Shown here piece by piece: positions 63,635 to 64,000 of a stretch of DNA of 64,000 bases (its first letter is position 1; each line of letters begins with the position of its first letter). The DNA is from Octopus vulgaris (Eukaryota). Where the stretch lies: NCBI GenBank assembly GCA_951406725.2, contig OX597817.1, positions 174,220,001-174,284,000 of the forward strand, read 5' to 3'. Under the pieces are notes generated by a model. The model made no database searches and was not told the DNA's origin. It saw only the letters and a program-made list of their open reading frames with translations. A program made the position numbers and the translations under genes.

Positions 63635-64000
63635 TTTTTTTTTTATTGGGGGGGTGCAGAAATATAGGGGAGCACCAGTGGGAGGGGTGGTTCAGAGGAC
63701 AGGTAATAGGCAAGTAGAACGTAGGATATCGAGAGAGGGGTAATGCATGGTGAAATAGCGTATTGAAGAGGGGGGTTCAAAGAGTAGACACCTATAATGG
63801 TGGTGGGGGGGGTGCAGAAATATAGGGGAGCACCAGTGGGAGGGGTGGTTCAGAGGACAGGTTCTAGGCAAGTAGAACGTAGGATATCGAGAGAGGGGTA
63901 ATGCATGGTGAAATGGTGAAATAGCGTATTGAAGAGGGGGGTTCAAAGAGTAGACACCTATAATGGTGGTGGTGGGGGTGCAGAAATATAGGGGAGCACC
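63635..64000 (-). mobile_element. Poly(A)-tailed retroposon 3' end containing a 158-166-bp tandem repeat (runs off the window)
   Basis: T-run + TTATT (AATAAA...A(n) on the minus strand); GGTGCAGAAATATAGGGGAGCACC recurs at 63653, 63811 and 63977. Confidence 0.65.

Overview
AT-rich, microsatellite- and transposon-dense eukaryotic DNA. The repeat families look like those of octopus or another coleoid cephalopod (inference, not database-checked). Almost the whole window is intron of one + strand gene. Four small exons (707-881, 16797-16969, 17775-17836, 49398-49447) have canonical AG/GT ends and matching phases. They join into a protein-disulfide-isomerase-like protein: one thioredoxin-like domain with a CVQC motif, then a second lacking CxxC. 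The introns (about 16 kb, 0.8 kb, 31.5 kb and >14 kb) hold RTE LINE fragments with a PHD finger inside the RT region, CR1 and R4/Dong-type 3' ends, a Gypsy pol relic, tRNA-type SINEs (some multimeric) and mariner/hAT/piggyBac-like MITEs. There is also a 3.9-kb 66-bp array grown inside an RTE-type 3' UTR and an 11/12-bp satellite grown inside a SINE. The most notable unexplained signal is a set of at least seven 200-420 bp fold-back elements, mostly beside (TA)n or (CA)n tracts and from about five sequence families. Most are built as inverted partial copy + unit + unique tail, and several carry recognisable type I hammerhead ribozyme cores, as in Penelope pLTRs and retrozymes. Repeat boundaries were read by eye and are approximate.
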